Shown here one piece after another: positions 55,603 through 64,000 of a DNA stretch of 64,000 bases. The notes below the pieces were generated by a model, which worked only from the letters and a program-made list of their open reading frames with translations, was not told the origin of the DNA and did not search any database. Positions within the stretch are counted from its first letter, which is position 1; each line of letters begins with the position of its first letter. A program made the position numbers and the translations under genes. This stretch comes from Myxococcota bacterium (GTDB lineage: Bacteria; Myxococcota_A; UBA9160; UBA4427): the NCBI GenBank assembly GCA_965250285.1, contig OZ252299.1, forward strand, positions 1,792,001 through 1,856,000, written 5' to 3'.

Positions 55603-57015
55603 ATGTCTTCCCCGTCGTCGCGCGATCGAGCAGTGCAGACCGAGCCGGTCCCGGCCACGGCGCCCCCGCTGCTGCTCGAACGCCCGCCCGCCCCCGAGCC
55701 CGATGCGCCCGACGTCTGGCTGGTGGTCCGCCGATCCGTACAGATGATCGTCGGAGCCGGGGTCTTCGCGGGGGCCTTCGTCGGTGCGTGGGGCCGAGCC
55801 CGGCTGCGACGCGACCCCCAGCCCGCCCTGCGCGGGCTCGGCGTGGCGCTGCGTGTGACGTTCACCCGCCTGGGCGCGACCTTCATCAAGGTCGGCCAGA
55901 TCGCGTCGACGCGAGGCGACCTGCTGCCGCGCCCGATGACTGAAGAGCTCGCGCAGCTGCAGGACAGCGTCCCGCCCGAGCGCACGGCCGTGATCCGCGA
56001 GCGTCTCGAACGCGAGCTCGGCGGCCCGATCGATCAGCACTTCGCGCGCTTCGACCTCGAGCCCGTCGCCGCGGCCAGCGTCGCCCAGGTCCACCGAGCC
56101 GAGCTGCCTGGCGGCCGTGCGGTGGCCGTCAAGATCCGACGGCCCGGCCTCACACAGACGGTCCATCTCGACCGATCGATTCTGCTCTTTCTCACGCGGG
56201 TGCTCGAACGCGTGGTGCCTTCGCTGCGCCTGATCTCGATGCCCGAAGGCGTCATGACCTTCTGTGACGCGGTCGAGGCCCAGCTTTCGCTTCGCGCCGA
56301 GGCCGAGCACAACCGTCGCTTCACCGAGATGTTCGACGACGACGACGACATCGCGTTTCCGACGCTGCACCCCGCCCTTTCGACCGACGCGGTCCTGACC
56401 ATGGACTTCGTCGAAGGCGTGCACGAACGCGACGTCGAGAGCACCGACGTCGACCTGAAGCGCGTCGTCGACGCGGGGATGCGGGCCGTCTCTCGCATGA
56501 TCTTCGATCACGGCTTCGTGCATGCCGATCTGCATCCGGGCAATCTGCTCTTTCGGCCGCCGGGACGGATCGTCATGCTCGATCTGGGGCTCGTCGCCGA
56601 CATCGACGACGTCGATCGTGTGACCACCGTTCGCATCTTCTACGCGCTCGCAACCGGCGACGGCCGCACCTGTGCCCGCATCTTCTACGAGAACGCACCC
56701 CACGCTGCCTGCGACGACTACGCGGCGTACGAGGCCGAGGTGGCCGCCATGGTGGACGACATCGTCGGGCAGGGCCTGATGAACATTCAGGTGACGGGTG
56801 AGATCGCGCGCATCTTCGACATCCTGCGGCGGCACCGCGTGCAGGCGCGGGCCCACATGACGATGGTGAATCTCGCTTTGATGACGGCGGAGGGGCTCGG
56901 CAAGCGACTGGCGCCCGACTTCAACCTCACGCGCGAGGCGCTGCCCCACCTGCAGCGGGCGCTGATGACCGCCCAGCGAGAAGGACGGATCCCAGCCATG
57001 CCACCGCCGCGTTGA
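55603..57015 (+). CDS. ABC1/UbiB/AarF family atypical kinase
   Basis: LGATFIKVGQ, LQD, AAASVAQVH, VAVKIRRP, HADLHPGN, LDLGL. Start uncertain. Confidence 0.9.
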   Translation: MSSPSSRDRAVQTEPVPATAPPLLLERPPAPEPDAPDVWLVVRRSVQMIVGAGVFAGAFVGAWGRARLRRDPQPALRGLGVALRVTFTRLGATFIKVGQIASTRGDLLPRPMTEELAQLQDSVPPERTAVIRERLERELGGPIDQHFARFDLEPVAAASVAQVHRAELPGGRAVAVKIRRPGLTQTVHLDRSILLFLTRVLERVVPSLRLISMPEGVMTFCDAVEAQLSLRAEAEHNRRFTEMFDDDDDIAFPTLHPALSTDAVLTMDFVEGVHERDVESTDVDLKRVVDAGMRAVSRMIFDHGFVHADLHPGNLLFRPPGRIVMLDLGLVADIDDVDRVTTVRIFYALATGDGRTCARIFYENAPHAACDDYAAYEAEVAAMVDDIVGQGLMNIQVTGEIARIFDILRRHRVQARAHMTMVNLALMTAEGLGKRLAPDFNLTREALPHLQRALMTAQREGRIPAMPPPR

Positions 57016-58402
57016 TCGCGACGGCCACCACCCCCATGTGTACGCCCTCGAGGCGTGAGTAGCCCGCGAAGTTGCCCGCGACGGCGACCAAGGTCCCCAC
57101 GACGATCCCCGCGAGCGTGGGCCCGGCCCGCAGCCCCGCCCAGTGAATGCCAACGAGAAAGGCCGGCGCGCACTGGATCAGCAGCTCGAGCTTGAGCTCG
57201 AGCAGGCGCCACAGCGTGACGTCGGGCGCGAGGGCCAGGGGGATCGTCGCCACGAGCATGCCGGCGGCCCAGAGCTTGCCGATGCGCGTGCTCGCCGCGT
57301 CGTCTCCGGTGCGACCGAGCAGATCGCGCGAGAGCAGCGAGCCCAGCGAGAGCAGACACGAATCGGCGGTCGACATGATCGCCGAGAGCGCACCGATGAA
57401 GACGATCACCGCGCCGATGCGCCCGACGAAGCCCGAGCTCGCCCAGTCGGTGAGCATCATCGGCAGAACCTGGTCGCTCGCGACGCCGGTGCCGAGATCG
57501 ACCCGACCGATCGCCGCGATGCCGATCAGAGTGACGACGAGCGTGGTCACGAAGGGCATGAACGTCATGAGCGCGAACGAGCGCGTGAGCGTGCGACCGG
57601 AGCGGGCCGCAAAGATCCGCTGGATCGCCTGGGGATACACGACGCTCGCGATGCCGAGCAGCGCGATCGTGCTGAACCAGCCGTTGCGCGTGGCGCCGGT
57701 CGGCACCGCGACCGCCGCGGGGCGCGTCTCGGCGACCTCCTGCGTCATCGCGGCGAGTCCGCCCTCGCCGACCAGGAGCCAAGACGCGAGCGCCGCGAGC
57801 CCGACGACCATGAGGATGCCCTGCACCGCATCGGTCCACGCCACGGCGCGCATGCCTCCGCGCGTCTCGTAGTAGAGGATCAGCGCTGCGAGCCCGACGA
57901 CCCCCGCCTCGTACGGCACCACGCCACCCGTCACCAGGCTGGTGACGTTGCCCATCGCCCTCAGCTGGGCGAGCAGAAAGTTCGCCAGCGCGATCGCCAT
58001 CAGCGCCCCGATCACGATCCGCAGCGCTCCGAGCTCGGCCTCGCCGGCGAAGCGCGTGCGCACGAAGTCGCCCGGTGTCACGAAACCGTGGCGGACGGCG
58101 AGTGGTCTCAGTTTGGGCGCGAGCGCGTGGAACATCACGATGATCGACATCATGAAGCCGGTCGACATGATGAAGGGGAAGCCGCTCACATAGGCTCGCC
58201 CCGGATACGCGAGCAGCGAGTTGCCCGAGTACGCCGTCGCGTAGAGCGTCAGGAAGAGGACGAAGACGCCGAGGTCGCGACCACCGAGGAAGTGTTCGCC
58301 GGGCGACTCGCGTCGCTTCTGGCGATTGGCCCACTCGGCGATCACCAGCACGAAGACGATGTAGAGGCCGAGGGCCACGAGCCCCTGCTGCTCGAAGCTC
58401 AT
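56927..58402 (-). CDS. Sodium:solute symporter (SSS) family permease
   Basis: FLGGRDLG, ATAYSG, GGMRAVAWTD, SAIMSTADS; about 13 TMs. Confidence 0.9.
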   Translation of the reverse strand: MSFEQQGLVALGLYIVFVLVIAEWANRQKRRESPGEHFLGGRDLGVFVLFLTLYATAYSGNSLLAYPGRAYVSGFPFIMSTGFMMSIIVMFHALAPKLRPLAVRHGFVTPGDFVRTRFAGEAELGALRIVIGALMAIALANFLLAQLRAMGNVTSLVTGGVVPYEAGVVGLAALILYYETRGGMRAVAWTDAVQGILMVVGLAALASWLLVGEGGLAAMTQEVAETRPAAVAVPTGATRNGWFSTIALLGIASVVYPQAIQRIFAARSGRTLTRSFALMTFMPFVTTLVVTLIGIAAIGRVDLGTGVASDQVLPMMLTDWASSGFVGRIGAVIVFIGALSAIMSTADSCLLSLGSLLSRDLLGRTGDDAASTRIGKLWAAGMLVATIPLALAPDVTLWRLLELKLELLIQCAPAFLVGIHWAGLRAGPTLAGIVVGTLVAVAGNFAGYSRLEGVHMGVVAVAINAAVAWLGSVLLAGRSSAPAAGGAAPRA

Positions 58403-58680
58403 GGCGCGGACTCCGACGACTCCACGACCTCACCGGTGGCCTCTTCGGGGTCGCGCACGTCGGTGATCCACCAGGCCCAGGCGTTGAGGATCGCAGCCGC
58501 GAAGTAGCAGAGGATGGCCGTCGTCACCCAGTCGGGCAGCCCGAGCCAGACCCGCACCGGCTCGTCGGCCGAGCGGTACCAGGGCACGGAGAACACGTAG
58601 AGCACGCAGATGATCGCGAGCAGCCACAGGCGAAGTCGGCCTGCACGGCGACGCTGCTCACCGGCTTCGGAGTCGGCCAT
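58399..58680 (-). CDS. Small two-TM protein preceding the SSS permease (DUF3311/DUF997-like)
   Basis: VPWY...WLGLPDWV; ATGA overlap with the permease. Start ATG 58680. Confidence 0.75.
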   Translation of the reverse strand: MADSEAGEQRRRAGRLRLWLLAIICVLYVFSVPWYRSADEPVRVWLGLPDWVTTAILCYFAAAILNAWAWWITDVRDPEEATGEVVESSESAP

Positions 58681-58786
58681 GGCCTGGGTGTAGCATGCCG
58701 CCCGCTCTTCAGGCCGACGCGCGGTGCGCCGAAAGGCGATAGGCTCCGCCGACCTCCGCCCCCGAGCCCGGGAGAACGCTCCGACG

Positions 58787-59824
58787 ATGTCCGCGCCCGA
58801 AGCCGATCCGCACCAGCACCATCTCACCGAGGGGCTCGATCGCCCCCTCACCCCGGTCTTCATGGCCCGGGGCGTGCTGGGGGGCATTCTCATGGGGCTG
58901 GCCAACCTGGTGCCCGGCATCAGCGGCGGGACGATGCTGCTCGCTGCGGGGGTCTATCCCGACTTCGTCGATTCGATCGCGCGGCTGTCGCGACTCGACC
59001 TGAAGATGCGCCCGATCGCGGTGCTCGGGGTGATCGCCGGCAGCGCAGCCCTCGCGATCCTCTTGCTCGCCGGCCTGATGAAGAGCCTCGTCGTCGAAGA
59101 ACGCTGGATCATGTACAGCCTCTTCATCGGCCTGACCCTCGGCGGTGTGCCCCTCGTCTGGCGCATCGCCAAGCCCGCAACGACCGCCACCTGGGTCGGC
59201 GCGGGCGCCGCATTCGCGCTGATGGTGGCGATGGCATTCGGCAGCGAGAGCAGCGGACGCGAGGCCAACCCGCTGCTGCTCATGCTGTCGGGGCTCGCCG
59301 GCGCCAGCGCGATGATTCTGCCGGGTGTGAGCGGCGGCTACCTGCTGCTGCTGCTCGGGCAGTACGAGCCGATTCTCGGTGCCATCGACGACTTGAAGGA
59401 GGGCCTGGTCGGCGACGGAGGGCCGCATCTCGAGCAGATCATCGAGGCCGGTTGGGTCGTGGTGCCCGTCGGGATCGGCGTCGTGGTGGGCGTGATCGGC
59501 GTCAGCAACCTGCTGCGCTGGCTGATGGACCGCTACGAGGCCGCCACCCTCGGCGCGCTGCTCGGGCTCCTGCTCGGTGCGGTGGTGGGTCTGTACCCCT
59601 TTCAGCAGCCGGTCGAGCCCGAGCTCGGCTTCATGCACCGGGGGCGCGTGCTCGAGGCCCATGAGCTCGCCGAGATCGAGATGGACGACTGGCCCCTCGA
59701 GCGATTCTCACCGAGCGGCGGTCAGCTCGCCGCATCACTGGGGCTCGTGCTCGCGGGGCTCGGCGCCACGCTCGCGATCGCCCGGCTCGGCCAGACGGAC
59801 GACGAGACGTCGGGCGACGCCTGA
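58787..59824 (+). CDS. DUF368 family membrane protein (putative undecaprenyl-phosphate translocase)
   Basis: MGLANLVPGISGGT and AMILPGVSGG repeated motifs. Start reset to ATG 58787. Confidence 0.9.
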   Translation: MSAPEADPHQHHLTEGLDRPLTPVFMARGVLGGILMGLANLVPGISGGTMLLAAGVYPDFVDSIARLSRLDLKMRPIAVLGVIAGSAALAILLLAGLMKSLVVEERWIMYSLFIGLTLGGVPLVWRIAKPATTATWVGAGAAFALMVAMAFGSESSGREANPLLLMLSGLAGASAMILPGVSGGYLLLLLGQYEPILGAIDDLKEGLVGDGGPHLEQIIEAGWVVVPVGIGVVVGVIGVSNLLRWLMDRYEAATLGALLGLLLGAVVGLYPFQQPVEPELGFMHRGRVLEAHELAEIEMDDWPLERFSPSGGQLAASLGLVLAGLGATLAIARLGQTDDETSGDA

Positions 59825-60040
59825 CGCGCTCTCGGCAGCGTCGACCGCACCGACGGGTGCGGAAGCGCGATTCCCACATCGGGCACCCCGCCGACCTCAT
59901 CGCCCTGCTCGGCGGTGTGCATCGCACGTGCAGCGACGCGTGTACGGCTCGGATCCACAAGTGAGAAGACCGGGCCTGCGACATGTGCGCACGCATCTTG
60001 CATTGCCCTTGGGTATGCCGCGTACCTACGTCCAGGGCCT

Positions 60041-61054
60041 CTACTTCCTGTTGGGCCTCTTGCTCGCCTTCTTCTTCCTGGCGCCCTTCCTCGCGACCCG
60101 AGGCTGATTGGTCCGGCCGTCGGCCCGACGGCTCGCGGCCTTCTTTCGAGATGCGCCCTGCTTCGGCTTCGTGCCCCTGGCGGCGACCCGAGGCGGCGCC
60201 ACGATCTCGGGCTCCTCGCCGCTGCGCAGGCGATCGACGTACGCCTTGAGCGCGGCGACCTCTCCGGCGCGCAGCGGCCTCGCCTCGCCGCGGCGCAGTC
60301 GACCGAGCGTGATCGGGCCGACCCGCGTCCGGGCCAGGCTCTTCACGGGTCGGCCGATCGCGAGCATCATGCGCCGGATCTGCCGATTCTTTCCCTCGGT
60401 CAGCACGAGCTTGAAGTGGGTCACGCCGCGGTCGGCGTCGTAGCGTGCCGACTCGACGCGTGCGGGCTTCGTGCGCCCCTCCTCGAGCTGAATGCCGCGC
60501 TCGAGCCGACCGATGTCGTTCGGCTTGAGCTCGCCCTTCAACACGACCCGGTACTCCTTCTCGCCGCCGGTCGATGGGTGAAGCAGCGTCTGCGCCATGG
60601 CGCCATCGTTGGTCATCAAGACCAGCCCGGTCGTCTCGACATCGAGGCGACCGACGGGGAACACGCCCGCGGCCCGCGGCGGCAACATGTCGGCGACGGT
60701 CGGTCGGCCTTCGGGGTCGTTCATCGTGGTGACGACGCCCACCGGCTTGTGGAGGATCCAGTAGCTCGGTCGCTGAAGCGCGAGCCGCTCGCCGTCGACG
60801 GCGATCACGTCGGTCGCGGGGTCGGCCGAGTCGCCGAGCTGCGCCGTCTGGCCGTTGACGGTCACGCGCCCGTCGCGCAGATACTGCTCGGTGGCCCGGC
60901 GCGACCCGAGCCCGGCGGCGGCCAGGAGCTTTTGCAGGCGGGCGCGACCGCTCACGAGCTCGGGCCCGGCCGGCTTCGACACGCGGGAGCGACGTGCGCT
61001 CTTCGCGCCCTTCTTCGGGCGGCGCACGTGCCGCGGTGTGCGGGCTGCAGGCAT
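60041..61054 (-). CDS. rluB: rRNA pseudouridine synthase (RluB/RsuA family)
   Basis: S4 domain RLQKLLA...SRR, HKPVG, PVGRLD, EGKNRQIRRM; follows scpAB. Confidence 0.88.
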   Translation of the reverse strand: MPAARTPRHVRRPKKGAKSARRSRVSKPAGPELVSGRARLQKLLAAAGLGSRRATEQYLRDGRVTVNGQTAQLGDSADPATDVIAVDGERLALQRPSYWILHKPVGVVTTMNDPEGRPTVADMLPPRAAGVFPVGRLDVETTGLVLMTNDGAMAQTLLHPSTGGEKEYRVVLKGELKPNDIGRLERGIQLEEGRTKPARVESARYDADRGVTHFKLVLTEGKNRQIRRMMLAIGRPVKSLARTRVGPITLGRLRRGEARPLRAGEVAALKAYVDRLRSGEEPEIVAPPRVAARGTKPKQGASRKKAASRRADGRTNQPRVARKGARKKKASKRPNRK

Positions 61055-61107
61055 CGGTCTGCACCTCGGGCAGGTTCGGAGTCGGGCCTTGGGGCGCGAC
61101 GTGCGGA

Positions 61108-61914
61108 TCAGTCGGTGCGTGTCTCGTCGTCGTTCGCGTCGCCCGCAGTCTCGGCCGCGGCCTCCCCGTCGACGTCGGAGGCCGGGTCGGCCGCGCTCGC
61201 ATCGAGATCGACGACCTGCTCGGCCGGCGGCTCGGGGGCGGGCGCGAGTGCGTCGGCGTCGACCTCGCGCACGCCGAGATCCTTCGCGACGGCCTCGGCG
61301 CTCAGCGCCTCGCCCTCGGCGAGCTCGGTGATCGGCGCGTCGGCGTCGCTGGCGCCTTCGCCGACGTCTTCCCGGCCGACTCCGTGCTCCTTGGCCAGCT
61401 CGTCGAGCTCGCGCAGCGCCGGCAGATCCTTCAACGACTTGAGGCCGAAGACCTCGAGGAAGCGCTTGCTCGTGCCGTAGAGCATCGGTCGCCCCGGCAC
61501 CTCGCGGTGCCCCACGATGCGCACGAGGCGGCGCTCGAGCAGGCTCTTCACGACCGGACCCGTATCGACCCCGCGCACCGCGTCGACCTCGGCGCGGGTC
61601 ATCGGCTGCTTGTAGGCGATGATCGCGAGGCTCTCGAGCGCAGCGCGCGAGAGTCGCAGGGCGCGCGTCTTGCGCAGCTTCTGCAGGTAGCCCGAGAACT
61701 CGGCGAGCGTGCGAATCTGGTAGCCGCCCGCGACCTCCCAGATCTCGAACGAGCGATCCTGCTCCTGGTACTCGGTGTTCAGCTCGTTCACGAGATCCTT
61801 CGCCTGCGCCGTCGTGCAGTACGGGATCAGGTCGGCCAGCTTCGCGGCCGAAATCGGATCGGGCGAGGCGAGAATCAGGGCTTCGATGATGCGGCGCTTC
61901 TCTTTGGCGTCCAT
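61108..61914 (-). CDS. scpB: SMC-Scp complex subunit ScpB
   Basis: IEALIL, VAGGYQIRT, LSRAALESLAIIAYKQP, RGVD, GRPMLYGT. Confidence 0.95.
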   Translation of the reverse strand: MDAKEKRRIIEALILASPDPISAAKLADLIPYCTTAQAKDLVNELNTEYQEQDRSFEIWEVAGGYQIRTLAEFSGYLQKLRKTRALRLSRAALESLAIIAYKQPMTRAEVDAVRGVDTGPVVKSLLERRLVRIVGHREVPGRPMLYGTSKRFLEVFGLKSLKDLPALRELDELAKEHGVGREDVGEGASDADAPITELAEGEALSAEAVAKDLGVREVDADALAPAPEPPAEQVVDLDASAADPASDVDGEAAAETAGDANDDETRTD

Positions 61915-62002
61915 GTCGGCCGGTCCTTCGTGGGGTTTCGGTGCGGGGCTTCGACGCGCTCGCGACCGGCTCGATCGAGCCGGTCGCCGAACCCTGCGCG
62001 CG

Positions 62003-62866
62003 TCACATGGTCTCGGTGATGCGTTCGTGCCAGCTGAGTGCCGTGTCGTCCTGCGGAACCGCCTTCAGGCGAATCGGCCCAGCCGGTGCACCGGTCTCGT
62101 TCGCGCCCTGATAGACGTGCAGCGCGTGGAGGCGTGCCAGCTCGAGCAGCGCGAGAAACGTGGCGACGAGCAAAGGCCGCGATGCACTGCGTCCATGATC
62201 GGGCCCGAAGAGGTCGAGGAACTCGATGCTCTCGACCTGCTCCAGCTGATCCATCACTTCGATCATGCGCTCGCGAACCGTGACGACCTCGGTCTCGACC
62301 TCGTGGGTCAAGACGTCGTCGCTGCGATCGAGCACCTGCTTGAAGGCTTCGATCAGGTCGAAGAGACCGACCTCGATCTGACGCTCCGAGTCGGGCACCG
62401 CCTCGGGCGCAGGCCCCTGGGCCTCGAACACGTCGCGCCCGAGCAGACGCTTCTGGCCGAGGCTGTCGGCGACCTCCTTGAAGCGCTGATACTCGAGCAG
62501 TCGAAGCACAAGCTCGGTGCGCGGGTCGAGCGTCTCGCCGTCGTCCTCTTCGGCTTCGTCGGGGGGCAGCAGCATGCGCGACTTGATCAGCGCGAGCGTC
62601 GCCGCCATGACCAGGTACTCGGCCGCGACGTCGAGATTGAGCTCTTGCATGAGCTCGATGTAACCGAGGTACTGCTCCGCGATCAGCGCGATCGGGATGT
62701 CGGTGACATCCACCTCGTTCTGACGGATCAGATGCAGCAGAAGATCGAGGGGGCCCTCGAAGACCTCGAGCTTGACGGCGTAATCGGCGCCTGCGCCCGC
62801 GTGTCCGAGGGCAGCCCCGATCGCCGCCCCGAGCGGGGCGTCGTCATGGGTGTCGGAAAGGCTCAT
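62003..62866 (-). CDS. scpA: Segregation and condensation protein A (kleisin)
   Basis: FEGPLDLLLHLI, AEYLVMAATL, IKSRMLLP, FLALLEL. Confidence 0.95.
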   Translation of the reverse strand: MSLSDTHDDAPLGAAIGAALGHAGAGADYAVKLEVFEGPLDLLLHLIRQNEVDVTDIPIALIAEQYLGYIELMQELNLDVAAEYLVMAATLALIKSRMLLPPDEAEEDDGETLDPRTELVLRLLEYQRFKEVADSLGQKRLLGRDVFEAQGPAPEAVPDSERQIEVGLFDLIEAFKQVLDRSDDVLTHEVETEVVTVRERMIEVMDQLEQVESIEFLDLFGPDHGRSASRPLLVATFLALLELARLHALHVYQGANETGAPAGPIRLKAVPQDDTALSWHERITETM

Positions 62867-62999
62867 GGCTCCGGCCGGCCTGGGGGGTGAGGGTCAAGGG
62901 GATGGGCACGACGTGGCCTTGCTCGAGCCACTGGAGTATGGGCAATCTCCCGCGCAGCGGCAACGAGATGCGCGTCACAGAGCGCGGCGGCAGACGCGA

Positions 63000-64000
63000 T
63001 CAGCCGTCCGACCCGGGCTTCTTTCCACGGCGCGCCTCGGGGCTCGCGCGGCGCGTCGACGCAGCGGAGGCCTTCGCTTGCCGGCCCGTCGACGGCTTCT
63101 TCTTCGCCGTTCGCTTCCCGGCCGCCGGCTTCTTGGCCACCCGCCTGCCAGCGGCGCGCTGCCGCGGCTGGCCCGCCCCGGCGACACGCGACCGGGCCGA
63201 TCCCCGCTGCGAGAGTTCTTGCGCCAGCGCGAGCGCCTCCTCGCGGTTCGCGACGTCGCCGTCGAGAAAAGCGGCGCGCACGCGGGCGAGCACGCGGCCG
63301 ACGTCGGGGCCGGCCAGACCGAGCGCCGTGACGTCGGCACCCGTCACGGGCGAGCGACGCGGACGATCCTCGGCGGCCCAGCGCACGATCCGCTTGCGCT
63401 CGGCGGGCTCACTCCAGGCCCACAGTGCTTCGAGCACGCCCTCTTCGAGCGGCGCGAGCAGCTCATCGACCCCCCCGCGCCCGCGCAGCATGCGAAGCTT
63501 CGGCAGCAGTCGATCACGCTGTTTGCGAAAGCCACCGATCCGGCGTGCGACGTCGCCGCGGATCGACATGCGGCCGAGCGTGCGTTGTCCGAGGCCCGAC
63601 GGCAGCGATGCGAGCCAGATCGCCATCCCGGCCTGCCACGGGGGCGTCGCGCCGGTCTTCCAGAGCGGCGCCTCGACGAAGCGGCCGAACCGGCGCAGCG
63701 GCGCGATGGCCTCCTTCGGCAGCTTCAGGCCGGGTTCGAGCGCGGGCAGCACGTGCCATTGGTCGAGCAGCCTCAGCGCCGCCGCCGGATTCAGACCGAG
63801 GCGCGCATCGGAGAAGCAGCGCTGAATCTCGCGGCGCAGGCGCTCCCCTGACACGCCCCCGAACGCTCCGTCGCGCAGAGCCCCGCGCAGGGCCGAGCGC
63901 GTCCCGCGCGCGAGTGAGAAGCCGAGCCGGGCGCCGAGGCGCGCGGCTCGGAGCGCGCGCGTCGGATCGTCGTGGAAGCTCCGTTCGTGCAGCACGCGCA
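63000..64000 (-). CDS. CCA-adding/poly(A) polymerase family nucleotidyltransferase, C-terminal part (runs off the window)
   Basis: LHERSFHDDPTRALRAAR, VSGERLRRE, VTGADV...GPDVGRVL. Confidence 0.85.
   Translation of the reverse strand, partial: RVLHERSFHDDPTRALRAARLGARLGFSLARGTRSALRGALRDGAFGGVSGERLRREIQRCFSDARLGLNPAAALRLLDQWHVLPALEPGLKLPKEAIAPLRRFGRFVEAPLWKTGATPPWQAGMAIWLASLPSGLGQRTLGRMSIRGDVARRIGGFRKQRDRLLPKLRMLRGRGGVDELLAPLEEGVLEALWAWSEPAERKRIVRWAAEDRPRRSPVTGADVTALGLAGPDVGRVLARVRAAFLDGDVANREEALALAQELSQRGSARSRVAGAGQPRQRAAGRRVAKKPAAGKRTAKKKPSTGRQAKASAASTRRASPEARRGKKPGSDG

Noticed and set aside
59722..60003. Small - strand ORF or ncRNA between DUF368 and rluB
   Set aside because: It overlaps the DUF368 gene, has no convincing SD or motif, and shows no recognisable RNA structure.

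Overview
High-GC bacterial chromosomal segment, densely coding with about 62 CDS. The gene content suggests a Myxococcota/deltaproteobacterium-like diderm (inference only). No rRNA, tRNA, CRISPR array or transposase was recognised. Main blocks: (1) lipid/steroid-like catabolic genes at 0-10 kb and 29-52 kb (aldehyde dehydrogenase, SDRs, TauD, three acyl-CoA ligases, six FadE-type acyl-CoA dehydrogenases, MaoC/hot-dog hydratases, a fused family III CoA-transferase, enoyl-CoA hydratase, an LLM oxidoreductase), plus a KshA/Neverland-like Rieske oxygenase at 16-17 kb; (2) a HelD-like helicase cluster; (3) an atypical ion-motor operon (9.9-12.9 kb) with a zinc-ribbon MotA/TolQ/ExbB protein and two long coiled-coil ExbD-like partners, divergent from a PEGA/Pro-rich membrane protein; (4) a six-gene TonB2-type operon; (5) a putative dockerin + surface-anchored cohesin gene pair (48.7-49.8 kb); (6) housekeeping genes at the right end (oligopeptidase A, ABC1 kinase, SSS permease, DUF368, rluB, scpB, scpA, partial CCA-type nucleotidyltransferase). 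Reading the DNA directly also showed a 19-bp palindrome (ATCTGACG-N3-CGTCAGAT) in three catabolic promoter regions, a 55-aa secreted protein absent from the ORF track, and an LLM gene lacking a canonical start codon. All family calls come from motif recognition by eye; no searches were run.
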